A DNA stretch of 61,020 bases from Anthoceros angustus. Lineage: Eukaryota > Plantae > Anthocerotophyta. Under the pieces are notes generated by a model, which made no database searches, was not told where the DNA came from, and saw only the letters and a list, made by a program, of their open reading frames with translations. The first letter of the stretch is position 1; each line of letters opens with the position of its first letter. Of the stretch, positions 12,588 through 24,099 are shown in pieces. The translations under genes and the position numbers were made by a program. The stretch lies in the NCBI GenBank assembly GCA_010909165.1, contig MU008187.1, positions 1 to 61,020 on the forward strand, given 5' to 3'.

Positions 12588-13102
12588 CAAGTCACAAACC
12601 CAACCCAACAACGCACACAACCATCGGTAATTAGCTTACCCAAAGCTCTTTCATGCCGTGGATTTCACCAATGCCTCACAACCGCAGGAGCATTCTTGAT
12701 CGACAAGCATCAAGACTATCCAATATCCTTAAACACGCAGATACATCTTAGTGGACAAGTCACAAACCCAACCCAACATTGCACGCAACCACAAATTAGC
12801 ATACCCCAAGCTCTATCATGGCGAGGATTTCACTTGTGCTTCTCAACTCCGAAGGAGCATTCTTGGATAGCTCATCAAGACCATCCAATATCCTTGAACA
12901 CACAAAACACATCGATCGGACAAGTCACAAACCCAATCTAACATGGCACGCACCACGGTTGTGGAATTAGCTTACCCCAAGCTCTTTCATGTCGCTGGAT
13001 TTCACGGCTTTCATCTTCCATCAACCCCAGAGAGCATTCTTGGACAGCTACACCGAGTCCATTCAATATCCTTGAACACGAGACACATACAAGATTAGTG
13101 GA
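12588..13102. repeat. Three tandem copies of a ~167-bp degenerate unit
   Basis: CAAGTCACAAACCCAA starts at 12588, 12756 and 12921; shared GAGCATTCTTG and CAATATCCTT.AACAC blocks. Confidence 0.9.
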
Positions 13103-13249
13103 TCGTGCTCACCAAGGGCAACAAAATCAAATCAAAGATTCACGCAATACCTTAAAAGCGAGGAAGATGCCATGATGCCTAACATGCTCTCTGATGGAAC
13201 CCTCACACACACATGGATAAACACGAACACTTCAAAACTTTGCAGCAAC

Positions 13250-14560
13250 ATTTACTTCCATCGCATTATCCGGAACCAGACCGAGGTACAAGTGTTTTCA
13301 AGGGACAGTCTTTCAAAATTCACATCTACACTCCAACTCTAGTTGCAAGTCAACAAACAAACACCTACACTCCACATCTATTGGGCCTTCTTAGAAATTT
13401 CCCGTTGTCTTCTTCTTGAAGTCCCCTGCCCCGCCCGCTTTTGTTCACACTCCCCTTGTGGATCCGGACTTCAAGATTGCAGATTGGAGCTCACAACGTA
13501 GTTGAACTGACTTCACACAAAGACGTTGTGCTTCCAACTCTTGGGCCAAACTCCTTTCGAATTATCCAAGATCAAAACTTCTCCCGCATCTTAGGGAGAA
13601 ATTTCAACTGTTCCTTTGGGGCCTCTTCAATCACAATATGGGCCTTGCCCTCCACACAGCTATGTCTTTTCGAGTCTTGCCCTTCGCAGCAGCCGTGTCT
13701 TTGCCGGAGTCTTGTCTTCTCTGAGCCTTGACTTTGCAGAGTCTTGTCTTTTACAACCTTGTCATTCGCCTCCTGTGGTACTCGGTGGAGCTGGCTCACC
13801 TCTACATCTTGGGATCAAACAATCTATGAACCAGCCATCTTCATCCACATCCTTTCGCTTAATGGCATCTATCACAATATCTGTGATCCAACACATGTCT
13901 GAGTCGATTGCCACTCAAAGCATACTAGAAAAATTCTTAGTACGAAAACTTCGTCAATTCGTTGCCATTATCCGACCTCCAGTTGCATACATAACTTTGA
14001 AATCTTCTTCCCTCCCACACTAGCGGCAGCTCCAGGAACTAACTTGGGGCTCTGGATAAGGGACACACTCACGATCTGCTTCCAACTTAGCAACCCACTC
14101 TCCAGTTTTGATGCCACGCAACTTTCTCCTCCTCTTGGCTCTCCCATACTTCAAAAGAAAAGCGTCTGTTAAAACCACATCCTCCATTTCCAAAGTGTGC
14201 ATAGGGCTTGGCATTTGGATTGTTCTTCCTTTCCATGGCAATGCGTTTCGAGAGACATCTCTTCTTTGGGACTTCACTCTTCCTCCACGAATTTCATTCG
14301 TGTGATATCACGGGCTTGTACTGTAGAATACTCACCAGAAAGGAACAAACGGGCACACCTTGCAAGATTGTACTTCCAATTCTTGATCATATTGGAGAAG
14401 AGCTGATCACACACATGAGCCATTGTCCGGCCACCACCATCTCTGCATTCTTTGTCTCGGTCATGTCGAACCTCAAGCTTCTCCCTCCAAAAGTTACCTA
14501 TTATGGGCAACAAAAAATGTCGCATTGCCCATCGACATCGGAATTGCATTACTTGATAGC
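13250..14560 (-). pseudogene. Possible Ty3/Gypsy gag remnant
   Basis: Broken coding-like text on the minus strand (GNATFFVAH..., ARDITRMKFVEE, ...) that resembles from memory the FDG.N..FL..Y / D...TR..F..W pattern of non-seed-plant Gypsy Gag; heavily decayed. Confidence 0.35.
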
Positions 14561-14737
14561 TCAGAGTATCCTTCTTGATCCAACCTACGAGAACAAAACC
14601 CAATTAGTGGTGAGAACTAACAGAACATGCAAGCACAATGAGTGTGAGAATTGTAACAAAGAACATAGAAGCACAATAGACTGAATGTACACCGAGCACA
14701 GCGGGGCCGTGGCGTGGTACAGGCCCGTATCAAGCTC

Positions 14738-14846
14738 GTTGAATGAGCCCGTACAACGAGCTGTGTCGGCAGTCTGAGGTTGTTGAATGAGCCCATACAG
14801 AAGCTCAGACAGCCCGGCGTACGGGTCGTTGAATGAGCCCATACAA
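14738..14846. repeat. Three copies of GTTGAATGAGCCC(G/A)TACA, period 44-46 bp
   Basis: Starts at 14738, 14782 and 14828. Confidence 0.9.
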
Positions 14847-14910
14847 TGAGCTAGTATAGGCTCGACACATCCATGCTTTCCCTAGATCTAGTGGCCACCT
14901 CTTGTGATCA

Positions 14911-14993
14911 AGCCTGTACAGGCTCTAAAGATTGAGCCTGTGCAGGCTTGATCTCTAGAGCCTGTACAGGCTTGATCTATAGAGCCTGTACAG
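14911..14993. repeat. 24-bp-period array of the 14-bp palindrome AGCCTGTACAGGCT (4 copies, the last partial)
   Basis: Starts at 14911, 14935 (one mismatch), 14959 and 14983. Confidence 0.9.
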
Positions 14994-15159
14994 CACAACA
15001 CAAACTCATTGCAAGAGAATAAACAGTTGACTCAGTCTCTAGATCCAGTACACCACAACACAAATAAATTGCAGAGAACCAACAATTGCACAACCAATTT
15101 ACATTGTATACGATGAAAGCAGCCCATCTACAGGTGGTCAAAATTCGATCACATCAAGT

Positions 15160-15166
15160 ATCTTTC

Positions 15167-15199
<33 letters not shown>

Positions 15200-15526
15200 A
15201 TGTACTTGTTCGCCATCTGGTCTCTTGCCGTGATTAAGCCTTGGATGGAATTTACCACACCCGCTTAGGGCTGCATTCCCTCACCCACTCACCGATAGCG
15301 CCTGGGAGCAACGTCCGAGCTAGGGCTCTCACTCTCGACGCCCCGTCTGTGAGAACTTGGGCCCGGTCCGCAGCAGGACGCCTTCTCGACTACACCGCAG
15401 CCATACGATTTTCCAAATTGGGCTATTTCCGGTTCGTCACTGCTACTAGGGAAACCCTGGTTAGTTTCTTCTCCGCTAGTGATATGCTTAACCTCAGCGG
15501 GTAGCCTTGGCTCCGATCCGAGGTCG
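15160..15526 (-). rRNA. 26S rRNA: Degenerate 5' fragment of 25/26S rRNA (pseudogene)
   Basis: Plus strand matches the LSU reverse complement: CTCTTTTCAAAGTCCTTTTCATCTTTCCCTC, TACTTGTTCGC.ATC.GGTCTC, GGCTGCATTCCC, and the ITS4-primer-like region TTCTCCGCTAGTGATATGCTTAACCTCAGCGGGTAG. Confidence 0.9.
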
Positions 15527-15737
15527 ATGGATTCCAACCCAAGCATGCCCACTGATCTGAGTGCCACGGACCGGATCACAGCAAGGACGCGCCCAATCGA
15601 GCAAAATCACCTTGACCGGGCCTCACCACGACTCTTTGCATTTCAACCGAATGGGACAACTCGCCTTGCGGCTCCCTTGACAGCCCAAATCAACTCACAC
15701 AATCTCCACCCGTGGGTGGGAATAGTGTGTGTGAGCA
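15527..15737 (-). other. ITS2 of the orphan rDNA fragment
   Basis: Lies between the 5.8S and 26S matches. Confidence 0.7.
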
Positions 15738-15873
15738 TACGACGCAGACATGCCCTCGAACAAGTCCTCGCGCAACTTGCGTTCAAAGACTCGATGATTC
15801 ACTGACCGCAATTCATACCACGATCGCATTCTGCCTTCATCATCGTTGCAAGAGCCAAGATATCGCTGCTGAG
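15738..15873 (-). rRNA. 5.8S rRNA: Degenerate 5.8S rRNA (pseudogene)
   Basis: CATGCCCTCG...TTGCGTTCAAAGACTCGATGATTCACTG...GCAATTCA...ATCGCATT...TTCATC..CGTTGCAAGAGCCAAGATATC matches the 5.8S reverse complement with deletions. Confidence 0.9.
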
Positions 15874-16201
15874 GTAAATTCTTACTCTTTTGTGCAAGCA
15901 CCCATGGAACCGGCACTCTATCTCTTAGACACCACCACAAGGTCTTAAACTCATGCAAAAGTTCTTTGTGCTTTGAGGGCAAGGACCCCGGCAGCAGCCT
16001 CCGGGAGGAGGGGTCCAACCCCATCTCGCCCGCTGAAGGACGGACACGCCATTGGGGTTGTCCCGACATCACACCGCCAGGCCAAGATGCACCAACCGGC
16101 CCCTGGCCGCAGCCCCGCGAGGAGGGGACGGTGGATAATGGGGCGCCCGACGGCCTCGGGACAACTGCTACCACGTTTGGTTTGTTTGGGAGATGTGTGT
16201 C
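15874..16201 (-). other. ITS1 of the orphan rDNA fragment
   Basis: GC-rich spacer between the 18S end and 5.8S. Confidence 0.7.
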
Positions 16202-16213
16202 AATGATCCTTCT

Positions 16214-16272
<59 letters not shown>
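16202..16272 (-). rRNA. 18S rRNA: Last ~70 nt of 18S rRNA (fragment)
   Basis: AATGATCCTTCTGCAGGTTCACCTACGGAAACCTTGTTACGACTTCTCCTTCCTCTAAATGATAAGGTTCA is the reverse complement of the conserved SSU 3' terminus. Confidence 0.95.
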
Positions 16273-16347
16273 AGCACGTAGAGGATCCTTCATGCACCGA
16301 TCACACATCAATTATATCAAGCACGTAGAGGATCCTTCATGCACCGA
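16271..16347. repeat. Perfect 30-bp direct repeat with a 17-bp spacer at the 18S breakpoint
   Basis: CAAGCACGTAGAGGATCCTTCATGCACCGA at 16271-16300 and 16318-16347. Confidence 0.95.
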
Positions 16348-16369
16348 CCTGTTCCTGGGTAGATGTTTG

Positions 16370-17310
16370 TGTGGGAGGGAAAACCCCGGGGCTTCCGAGG
16401 CTTCCCCCTCTAGCGGCCACACTTATCCCACTGTCGCTTCGTACATTGGGTTTCGTCCCATGAGACTCGTGTGAAAGTTCGAGGTCTTGTGATAACCGAT
16501 CGCTACTTGCCGTAACACAACTTCTCAGCCTTCTAAACAAGCAAGGCGCCCTCTACTCACTCCTCTACAAAGAATGCACTTGCACCGCTCAAAAGACTAC
16601 CACTCAACCTACAATGACATCATTGTGTCCTACCTTAGCAACAGGAGCCACCATGCGCCTGTGGGACCCCCGATCCACACCGCACTGTCCCTACTTCTAA
16701 GACCAATCTTCTCCACTCAGTGAGCGCCTTTACTTGGGTGATTTGGGATCTGGCCCCTTAGGCTCGGCCTGTGGCCTTCCACTAACCCTCACATACTCTA
16801 ATCCTCTACTGCCTCCTCCTCTTCCTCCTATTCTAACCCCGCCTGGCCATCGATTTGGCCCTTACGGCACAACCACTGGGTCGGCCTCCACCAAGTTCTT
16901 CCTTGGGCCGCTAGGAGTTTGACACCAAAACAGCCGAGCACCTCCAGGTGTCATGGATTAACCTCAACCCGAGAGTTCCCCGGCATTGCCACACACCCAG
17001 CAAAGCAATATCACAAAGAACCATTCACAAGGGGAGTAACCTCGTTTAGGCACTGGGAGCAAGTCCTCCACCAAGCACCCACCACCGCGACTTCCTCTAC
17101 TGCACGCTATGTTGGCTCACACAGCACAAAATTCCTTACAAGGGCAAAGGACTCGGGAGTATAGAAGCGCAAGACATGATGCTACTTTGTGAAATCCTCC
17201 TCCTCTTATAGGAGGCCTTCCACATACAACCTCCCTTGGGTGACCCTACCGCAGTCACCTTTTCCAATATTCTATTATTTCCTACCACCGACAAGGGCAC
17301 GGCATCTAAG
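16370..17310 (-). mobile_element. Gypsy-family LTR fragment (TATA-R-U5 part), no PBS adjacent
   Basis: TGTGGGAGGGAAAACCCC terminus on +; homologous to 45558-46700; TATA-like CTCTTATAGG at about 17204 (minus). Confidence 0.8.
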
Positions 17311-18989
17311 TCTACTTTAAACAAGGTCCTCTTAAGAAGTAGAGACACACTCCTCTTTTAGAGACAGATGTCCATTTGGTCACATTCGACCTACAAATTG
17401 GCAACCAATCTGGATTTGGTGCTTTTCCAAAACCAAGGGCAAAAACCCACACTATTTCCATTTCCGTAGTTGTCAAAAGCATCTTTTCTACCTTTTGATG
17501 TCTTTTAATTAAGTTAAGAAAGGTCCATGGTTGGATCAAGTTGGAAAATACCCCGGTTTAAGGCTTTTTAAGGGCATTTTCGCAAAAACCGTTTGTCGTT
17601 TTGAATGGACATTTATGACAATTTGACCAATGTGCTAAGTTGAAACGACACCTCAATATGCTAACACGGTTTTTGTACACATTGGTCCAAGTATATGACA
17701 TCCGCCCTTCCGATCGCAAGGTTGTGGCACCATAAAAACAAGAAGGATATGTGTCTTAATGTCAACTACCCGATACACAAACATGCATGCACACATCTGA
17801 TTTGGTACTATAGTGGGAGACTAGAGGTATAAGACACCAAGATCCCACATGGGCCATATGCCCAACTATATGTCCGCGTTCCAAACTATACAAAAATGCT
17901 CATATATATTAAAAAGAAAAGTGCCATGGCACCATATAACCGATACCGGACAACCGGTCACTTTTAGAATTTAGTCAAGTGACCCATACTCATAAGCGAA
18001 TAGACTAGGGTGTCGGACCTAGGTTGGATCTGCGATCTAAGGCGACAAGCTTTTCTTTTTTGCCAAAGGCCGGACATCCGGTGACCTTTGCACCACATTG
18101 TCCGGACAAAGCCAACAATTTCGCCCACTCGTTATGATCAAGTTTGAAGTCTCGGGTGCTCTAGCACTCCACCCACACCAAAACAAGTATCCTAGCAGCT
18201 TCGTGGCTCCCAAAAAGGAGGACCTCATCTTGCTTCCCTCCCCTGTCTGACCTCCCGCCTATATGTTGGCACCTACATACATGAAGAGCGTGAGTCATTG
18301 GCTCACGAAGACCTTACTACCCATGCGGACCGACCGATAACATCAAAGCGGATCAACGGCCATCAGACACCAAAACCAGCAATCACGACCAACCCAAGCG
18401 GCATGAATTGAAACACCTTACTACCAAAAGCCTCACCGGAGGCTCGGCTTCCATTGAACCCTCTCGGTGCCAATGCCTTGGTTTTACCATTAAGCGCCGG
18501 CTCCTCGCCTTCTTGCACGCCTCTTACGCCTCTAGCTCCTCCTTCGTCAACTCCATGTTGGCTTTACGGCGGATATGGTGCGAACCTCCAGCTCCATCTC
18601 ACCACCTCCTTCCCAATCGTGAGATCATGGCGGATGTCACGGGCCTCACACCCCTCCTCCTCGGTTAGAGTCCTCACCTCCTGGGCTCCCTCAAAGAAAC
18701 CCTTATCCCCACCTCCCCTGGAACCACGAGGCTTTGGGAGTGGCAAGCGGATGCCACTCGAATAAGGGTTGGCCACCAATGGCGATGATGCCTCGGAGGC
18801 GCCCCACGCTCCCTCAAAGTGGCTCTCCTCCGCCCTCTTCTCGCAATGTCTGTGTGACCCGTGGTGGGGGTGGCCACGCCTCCTCATAGGAGCTGCTGCA
18901 ACACTCTTAACACCGTCGGTGGGCGTCGTTTCGCTCACCGGCCTCGGCATACAGCCGGTGACAGGAAAATTGACGACGCACACCTGAAT

Positions 18990-21900
18990 GGATTCTTCCT
19001 CCTGCGTGCCGCTCACATCTGGAAGGCAAACACAGGAGAAATGGTTGCGGCCGGTTGTTGGAGAGTAAACTGCTGAGTACCTGGCAAAGGGCCAAAATAC
19101 CACATGGCAGCGTGTACAGGTTTACGCCCCCCGCTGTCCCCAACCTGCCCCCAATAGCTCAAAAGCCCGCGGCCTGCACCTCAAGCATCGGCCCGAGCCA
19201 CACCCTATCACAAAACCCAAATATGCGGCTGGCCAGAAACAAGCGTAATGCTCACCACAATTAGAAAGCGACCAGAGCTTTAGGACATCCGTGCAAAAGG
19301 CACAATGCATCAAGATCAAAACTCTATGTCAAAACATGAACACGGGATCACACATCCACATATACCCTAAACATCTATGTCACGACTATGTATTCACTCC
19401 TCGACCTCGGCCTCTCTCGGGCCAACCTCGAAATTCAATCCTTGGTGGGTTAAGATCGGCTCCTCACCGGAGTCCACACCTTCCGAAGTCTACCAAATAA
19501 TCAACGGATGCATCGGAAGATTCAACGTTGTCCAAGTCTTGAATCAATTCGTTCGTCACCACTTGCTTCACCATGGAAGCAAAGCCGGTTCCTCACTTGG
19601 CTCTGCTCGTAACTCGAAGACCTTCCTCCTCAGCATGTCCATTGTGTCTTTGCTCAAAGTCTTGTTCCTCGTCAACTCGAAATCATAACCCATGATTGTG
19701 GTCTCCAAAAGCTTGATTGGTTGCACATGTTTCTTCAAAGGGTGCCTGCGTCGACCTTTTCTACGGCCTGCCGGAGGGTTGCTTGGCACCCACTCTTCCG
19801 AATACCTACCCTCCAATGCATTAGGGTTTTCAGTGCGCCACCAGTGGACTTGCGCTACCGGTCCAGCGGCTTCATGGTCTACATCCACAACCTTACCCGG
19901 CCGAAAGGTAGTCCGGATCATCTCCACTGGACCGCAATCATCATGCCACCGATCTCTTTAACCGATCCTCTCTTGTTCAGCGTTCCTTCTTGCGCATTCT
20001 GTGTGCCTGTAAACCTCTCGCTCATGTCCAAATATCGTCTCGCAAGTGTAGCGTCCACTATCACTTCATCCGGAAGAGCCACTTGGTTCTTGAATGCTCC
20101 TCCGGTTATACCATTTCCATGCGTGTCCAATGGACGAAGAGCTCCACGCTACTACACCGCTATGGCCAATGCTCTTCCCAAAACCATCCCACCGGCGGTG
20201 ATGACCATTGAAGACTTTGGAAGTTCTTAAAGTCTGTTGTCTTCCACTCCGATAGCCCTATCAGCCGCACCGCATGTTCTCTTTGGCCCTTGGATTTCGC
20301 CGACTGCGTGGCGATGGTGGAGCCGCAATAATCTCCCTCTCGGGACTCCATCCCATTGAACACCACCATCAGGCTCCAATGCGCAGCGTGATGGAAAAGC
20401 TTGCACCTCGGGGACCGTCACAAACACATGACTAGGCAACTCTTGAGTGATTTTAAAGCGATGTTGGAAAGCGTGATTATGTAGAGTAAATGTTGCAGAC
20501 GGACCCCAGGCCACAAATATTGCTTAAAGTTGGGCACCTCTTTCATAAGATAGATCTTTGGTGTCGGAGTATAAGCCCTCTCAAGGCAACCGATTAGCTC
20601 GGCAAGGTGTAGGCCTCCTTGATTGCTAGCACAGGAAAACATTTGATCAATCGATCATGGGTATGGCCAACAATTAGAAATCCTAGTTTCACCTTCTTGA
20701 AAATACCTCGGTCCACTAACATGGCGCCAACACTTCTTGGTTCTTATTCATTTGTATTGTCCATGCAGTAAAGAGTTTGAGGCAAGCCCCCCTCCCATCC
20801 GTTAATAACATGCTGGACTACGGCAATTGTCCGTTAGGGTCATTTCAGATTTGGATAGCTCGTAAACATAAGTTCTCATGTATTTGTTAAACACCAAAAC
20901 TCCAACCACATGGGAGAGGCAGGCGGACTATCCACATCTTTGGGCACTCGGAAATGAGGCAACTCGGTTTCTTTTGGTCCATACCATCTATCGCAATCCC
21001 AGTGCTTGGTCGGTTGAGCCATACACTTGCCGCGATGCTTTGCCATTTCGCCCGCTCCATGTTGTTGATCCCGGTGGTAATTGAGGAGTTCCCTAAGTCT
21101 ATCGCACATACCCGGACAAGTGCCAATAGCAGCCCCAGAACAACTCCGAGTCCAGTAGGCCTACATCAACCTTTATCGAACCCTAAAGAACAGGTCTAGG
21201 GTTTTCCGACAACTACTAGAAAAAGGACACCTAGCAATCACCGGACATCCCGTGCTTAAAAAGGAGCGGTTCATACCAGACCTTGCTCCCTGTTTGCGTT
21301 TTAATTTTCGCTTTAAGCTTCTCACAACAGCAGAGAATCGGTTGCATCTTGGAATCTTGACGGACCCGAAATGCCGTATCCACTTGCAAAAATAGCTATA
21401 ACAAACATGAGTGGTAATTGCTCTAGCCTGCCTAGCATACTCAATGTAAATCTCCTCTTTTGTGAATGTATCCGTAGGTTGAACACTTCCACTGGGTAGT
21501 CTTTCCACATTTCTTTTGAAAACATATCCATCCACATGACTGCGGTCGTATGAAGTTGGAATTTTACGGGCGCCCTCGGCGGCAAACCTAGTCCCTTTTC
21601 ACTGGGCCCGGCATTCCGATATCGTAGTGCACTGTCTGAAAACTCGGCGAATGCCCTTACACAATTGAAACCTTCCCATGTGGCAGCTTGTTCACCCATC
21701 CGGTCACCATACTTTTCATCTTGACAACATCAATAAGGTCTTGCAAATGCTGTTCGCTCCCCTTTGTCATGGAAAAAAAGAACAACGTGACTTGATCAGC
21801 CATTCCCGCCTTGCTAAACACTTTTTCATACAACATTGTCTCTTCATGTCTGAAAGCTTCGATTACAATGATTGCCGCGACATGATCCCAACCCTTTGAC

Positions 21901-22786
21901 GCGGTTCTTTGTTGAGCAAACAACCCTATCGCGAGATTGCAACTCCAACCCCTGGACTTAGGATTAGCGATTTCGCAAATCTTCATTGTGATCTAGTGCC
22001 AGCACATCTCCAAACAAGGCAATTGGATCACGTACCAGGTTTGGTCGCTCTGGCCTGCTCCTGGCAGGTCCTCCATGACCCAATGCCGCGAAGTCGAAAC
22101 CGAAGTCTACGATCACATGCATCTTCTCACCGCAGTCAGGAGACTCACCAACACTCTCTGCTTCAGAATCCGTACTGTTGTCATTCGTGCCAGGTGGTGT
22201 GACACAAGGTTGATGGTACTCTTGCGAAGCACACCATGGACTTGTTGTAGGTGCCACCTTGTCACCTTCCGCTCGCCGAGCCACCCTGGCGTGGATTTGG
22301 ATCGAGCAGAACATCCTTTTCTTGGCACGCGATTTGAAGCAGACTGGGTATATAGTGCGGTGCGGTGTCGAGGTGGGCGAGGTTGCGCTGTCGGGTGGTG
22401 GATATCGGGCCGCCCGCTCCGGTCTTGCGTCGAGCTCGGACATGCCGGTCCACATGTGCTGCAATTTGTTCCTGGTCTCGCTGCGCCCGTTCCGGAGTCC
22501 ATCCCGGATCAAACAAGTACAGGTCTCCATCACTTGCAGCCGCGTCCAACGTATCACCCAGCAAGTCGGTTTGATCCAAATCCGATGCGTGTCCGGGGTC
22601 TTCAGAAGCTTCAGCAAGCAGCCTTTCACCGGACGTCCCGGGGTTTACCTGGGGTGCTGCAACGTCTTGAATGTCGACCACGTGGGAATTTGACACATTG
22701 CCTAGTGGACCCCCATGCCTAGCATCTGCTGCGGCCTCTGCCGCCAAGTCCACGATATCCGACTCAGGCATGGCCGATGTCTTCAT
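18990..22786 (-). pseudogene. Frameshifted DUF7869-type DDD/E transposase-like gene (possibly Sola superfamily) with an acidic N-terminus and a possible C-terminal Cys/His finger
   Basis: Stitching minus frames gives IAIDGMDQKK/TELPHFRVPK (~20940-20995), LYCMDNT..NKNQ (~20735-20770), LVDRGIFKKVKLGFLIVGHTHD/IDQMFSC (~20635-20720), and upstream FTKEEIYIEY...FGSVKIPRCNRFS. Confidence 0.75.
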
Positions 22787-24099
22787 CAGCGGTCACTAGT
22801 CTGTCGTTCACCAAATCAAAGAACTCCTCCTCTGCATTGAGATCGCTTGCCATTGCTCGTGACTAGTGAAAACGCAATTGTTGAGAACGCCGTGTGCTCG
22901 AGGAGGAGACCCAGATTGCCCCAGTTCAACATCATGTATAGATGCCTCGGTTGCTGGACCGCATTGATTATTGACAATTAGGACGGATATCTACTTTGCG
23001 GCTACAAATCATGGCAGTTGAGGATCGTTAAATGCATTCACAGATTGCGAGAATCGAGGAGCCTGAGATTTTGCACTAGGGAAACTGAGTTTTGCCAGGC
23101 GGCAAAACTAGGCATATTCCATAAAATATGCTTTATTCTTTGTTTAGCCGGTTGTGTCCCTGTTCTGGCGAAACATGGCGGAACGGTTGCGGCTACGGTG
23201 CATCAACCCGAATTTGCGATTCCAGCTCATTTGGCGGCTGTTGCTGCAGGTGGAGATCGTCTGCGCTGGTCCGCGGCCGTCACACCAGGCCATCCACCCG
23301 TCGTAGACTGCGCGGGAAAGGCAGGTTTGGCGCGAAAATATTGCGAGGAGATGCATATAGCGGGCACCAAAGGTTCACTCCGAAGTATTTTGGTAACCGT
23401 GGTGGTATTCGACCACTTCCATATCGGGAGGTTCATATCGCCGTCGAGGAGTCGGTGGATCTCGGATCATCGGCGCTTCATCCTCACCGGTTGTCCGGTG
23501 ATTGAAGAGGAGGTATCAAGGTGGGGTGATGAAGCGTGCTACTTGATCCATAATCCATAGTGCGTGATGCCTCATTGCTACTTGGTTTGTGTTTTGCAGA
23601 TGGCACCTCGGACCAAGCGGAGTAAAGGTCTTGAGCAGACGCGCGCTCGCGGGAAAAGCAGGCCAGGAAGGCCGGCGATTAGGCCACGAACATTGTCACG
23701 AGTCCGGACCCGAAGACCTCCAAGACCCATAGCGCGACAACTTTGACCCCGCGACACACTACCTCGTCGCAGAACATCATTCAAAGTCCATACAAGCGGA
23801 AATCGACATGATCGGAAAGATGTTCGGAACACTCTCCCTTTGATATATCGTAGGAATTGGTGCATCAGCGACGTCTGTTGGACGTAAAGTCGCGACCTCG
23901 TCACGGGGCCTCGGCCCGATTAGTTTCGGGGTAGGGCAGGTGAATTTTTAGAGAGAGAATCGGCCTTTTGGCCATTATTTTACCCAGAATAGTAAAATTC
24001 ATTACACTATAGTAGAAAACATGCCAAGTGGGGTGGATATAATCTACCATCATGGTGGAAAACAGAGCACTAGAGTAGAAAACATGACGACCAAGTGAA

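Noticed and set aside
14008-14019. TTCCCTCCCACA resembling the LTR terminus in reverse
   Set aside because: Similarity stops after 12 nt and it lies within the gag-like relic
16271-16347. CRISPR-like repeat-spacer-repeat
   Set aside because: Only two repeats, a 17-nt spacer, eukaryotic context and no cas genes
23018-23560. 180-aa plus-strand ORF
   Set aside because: Non-ATG start, no recognisable motif, and it overlaps equally long ORFs in other frames
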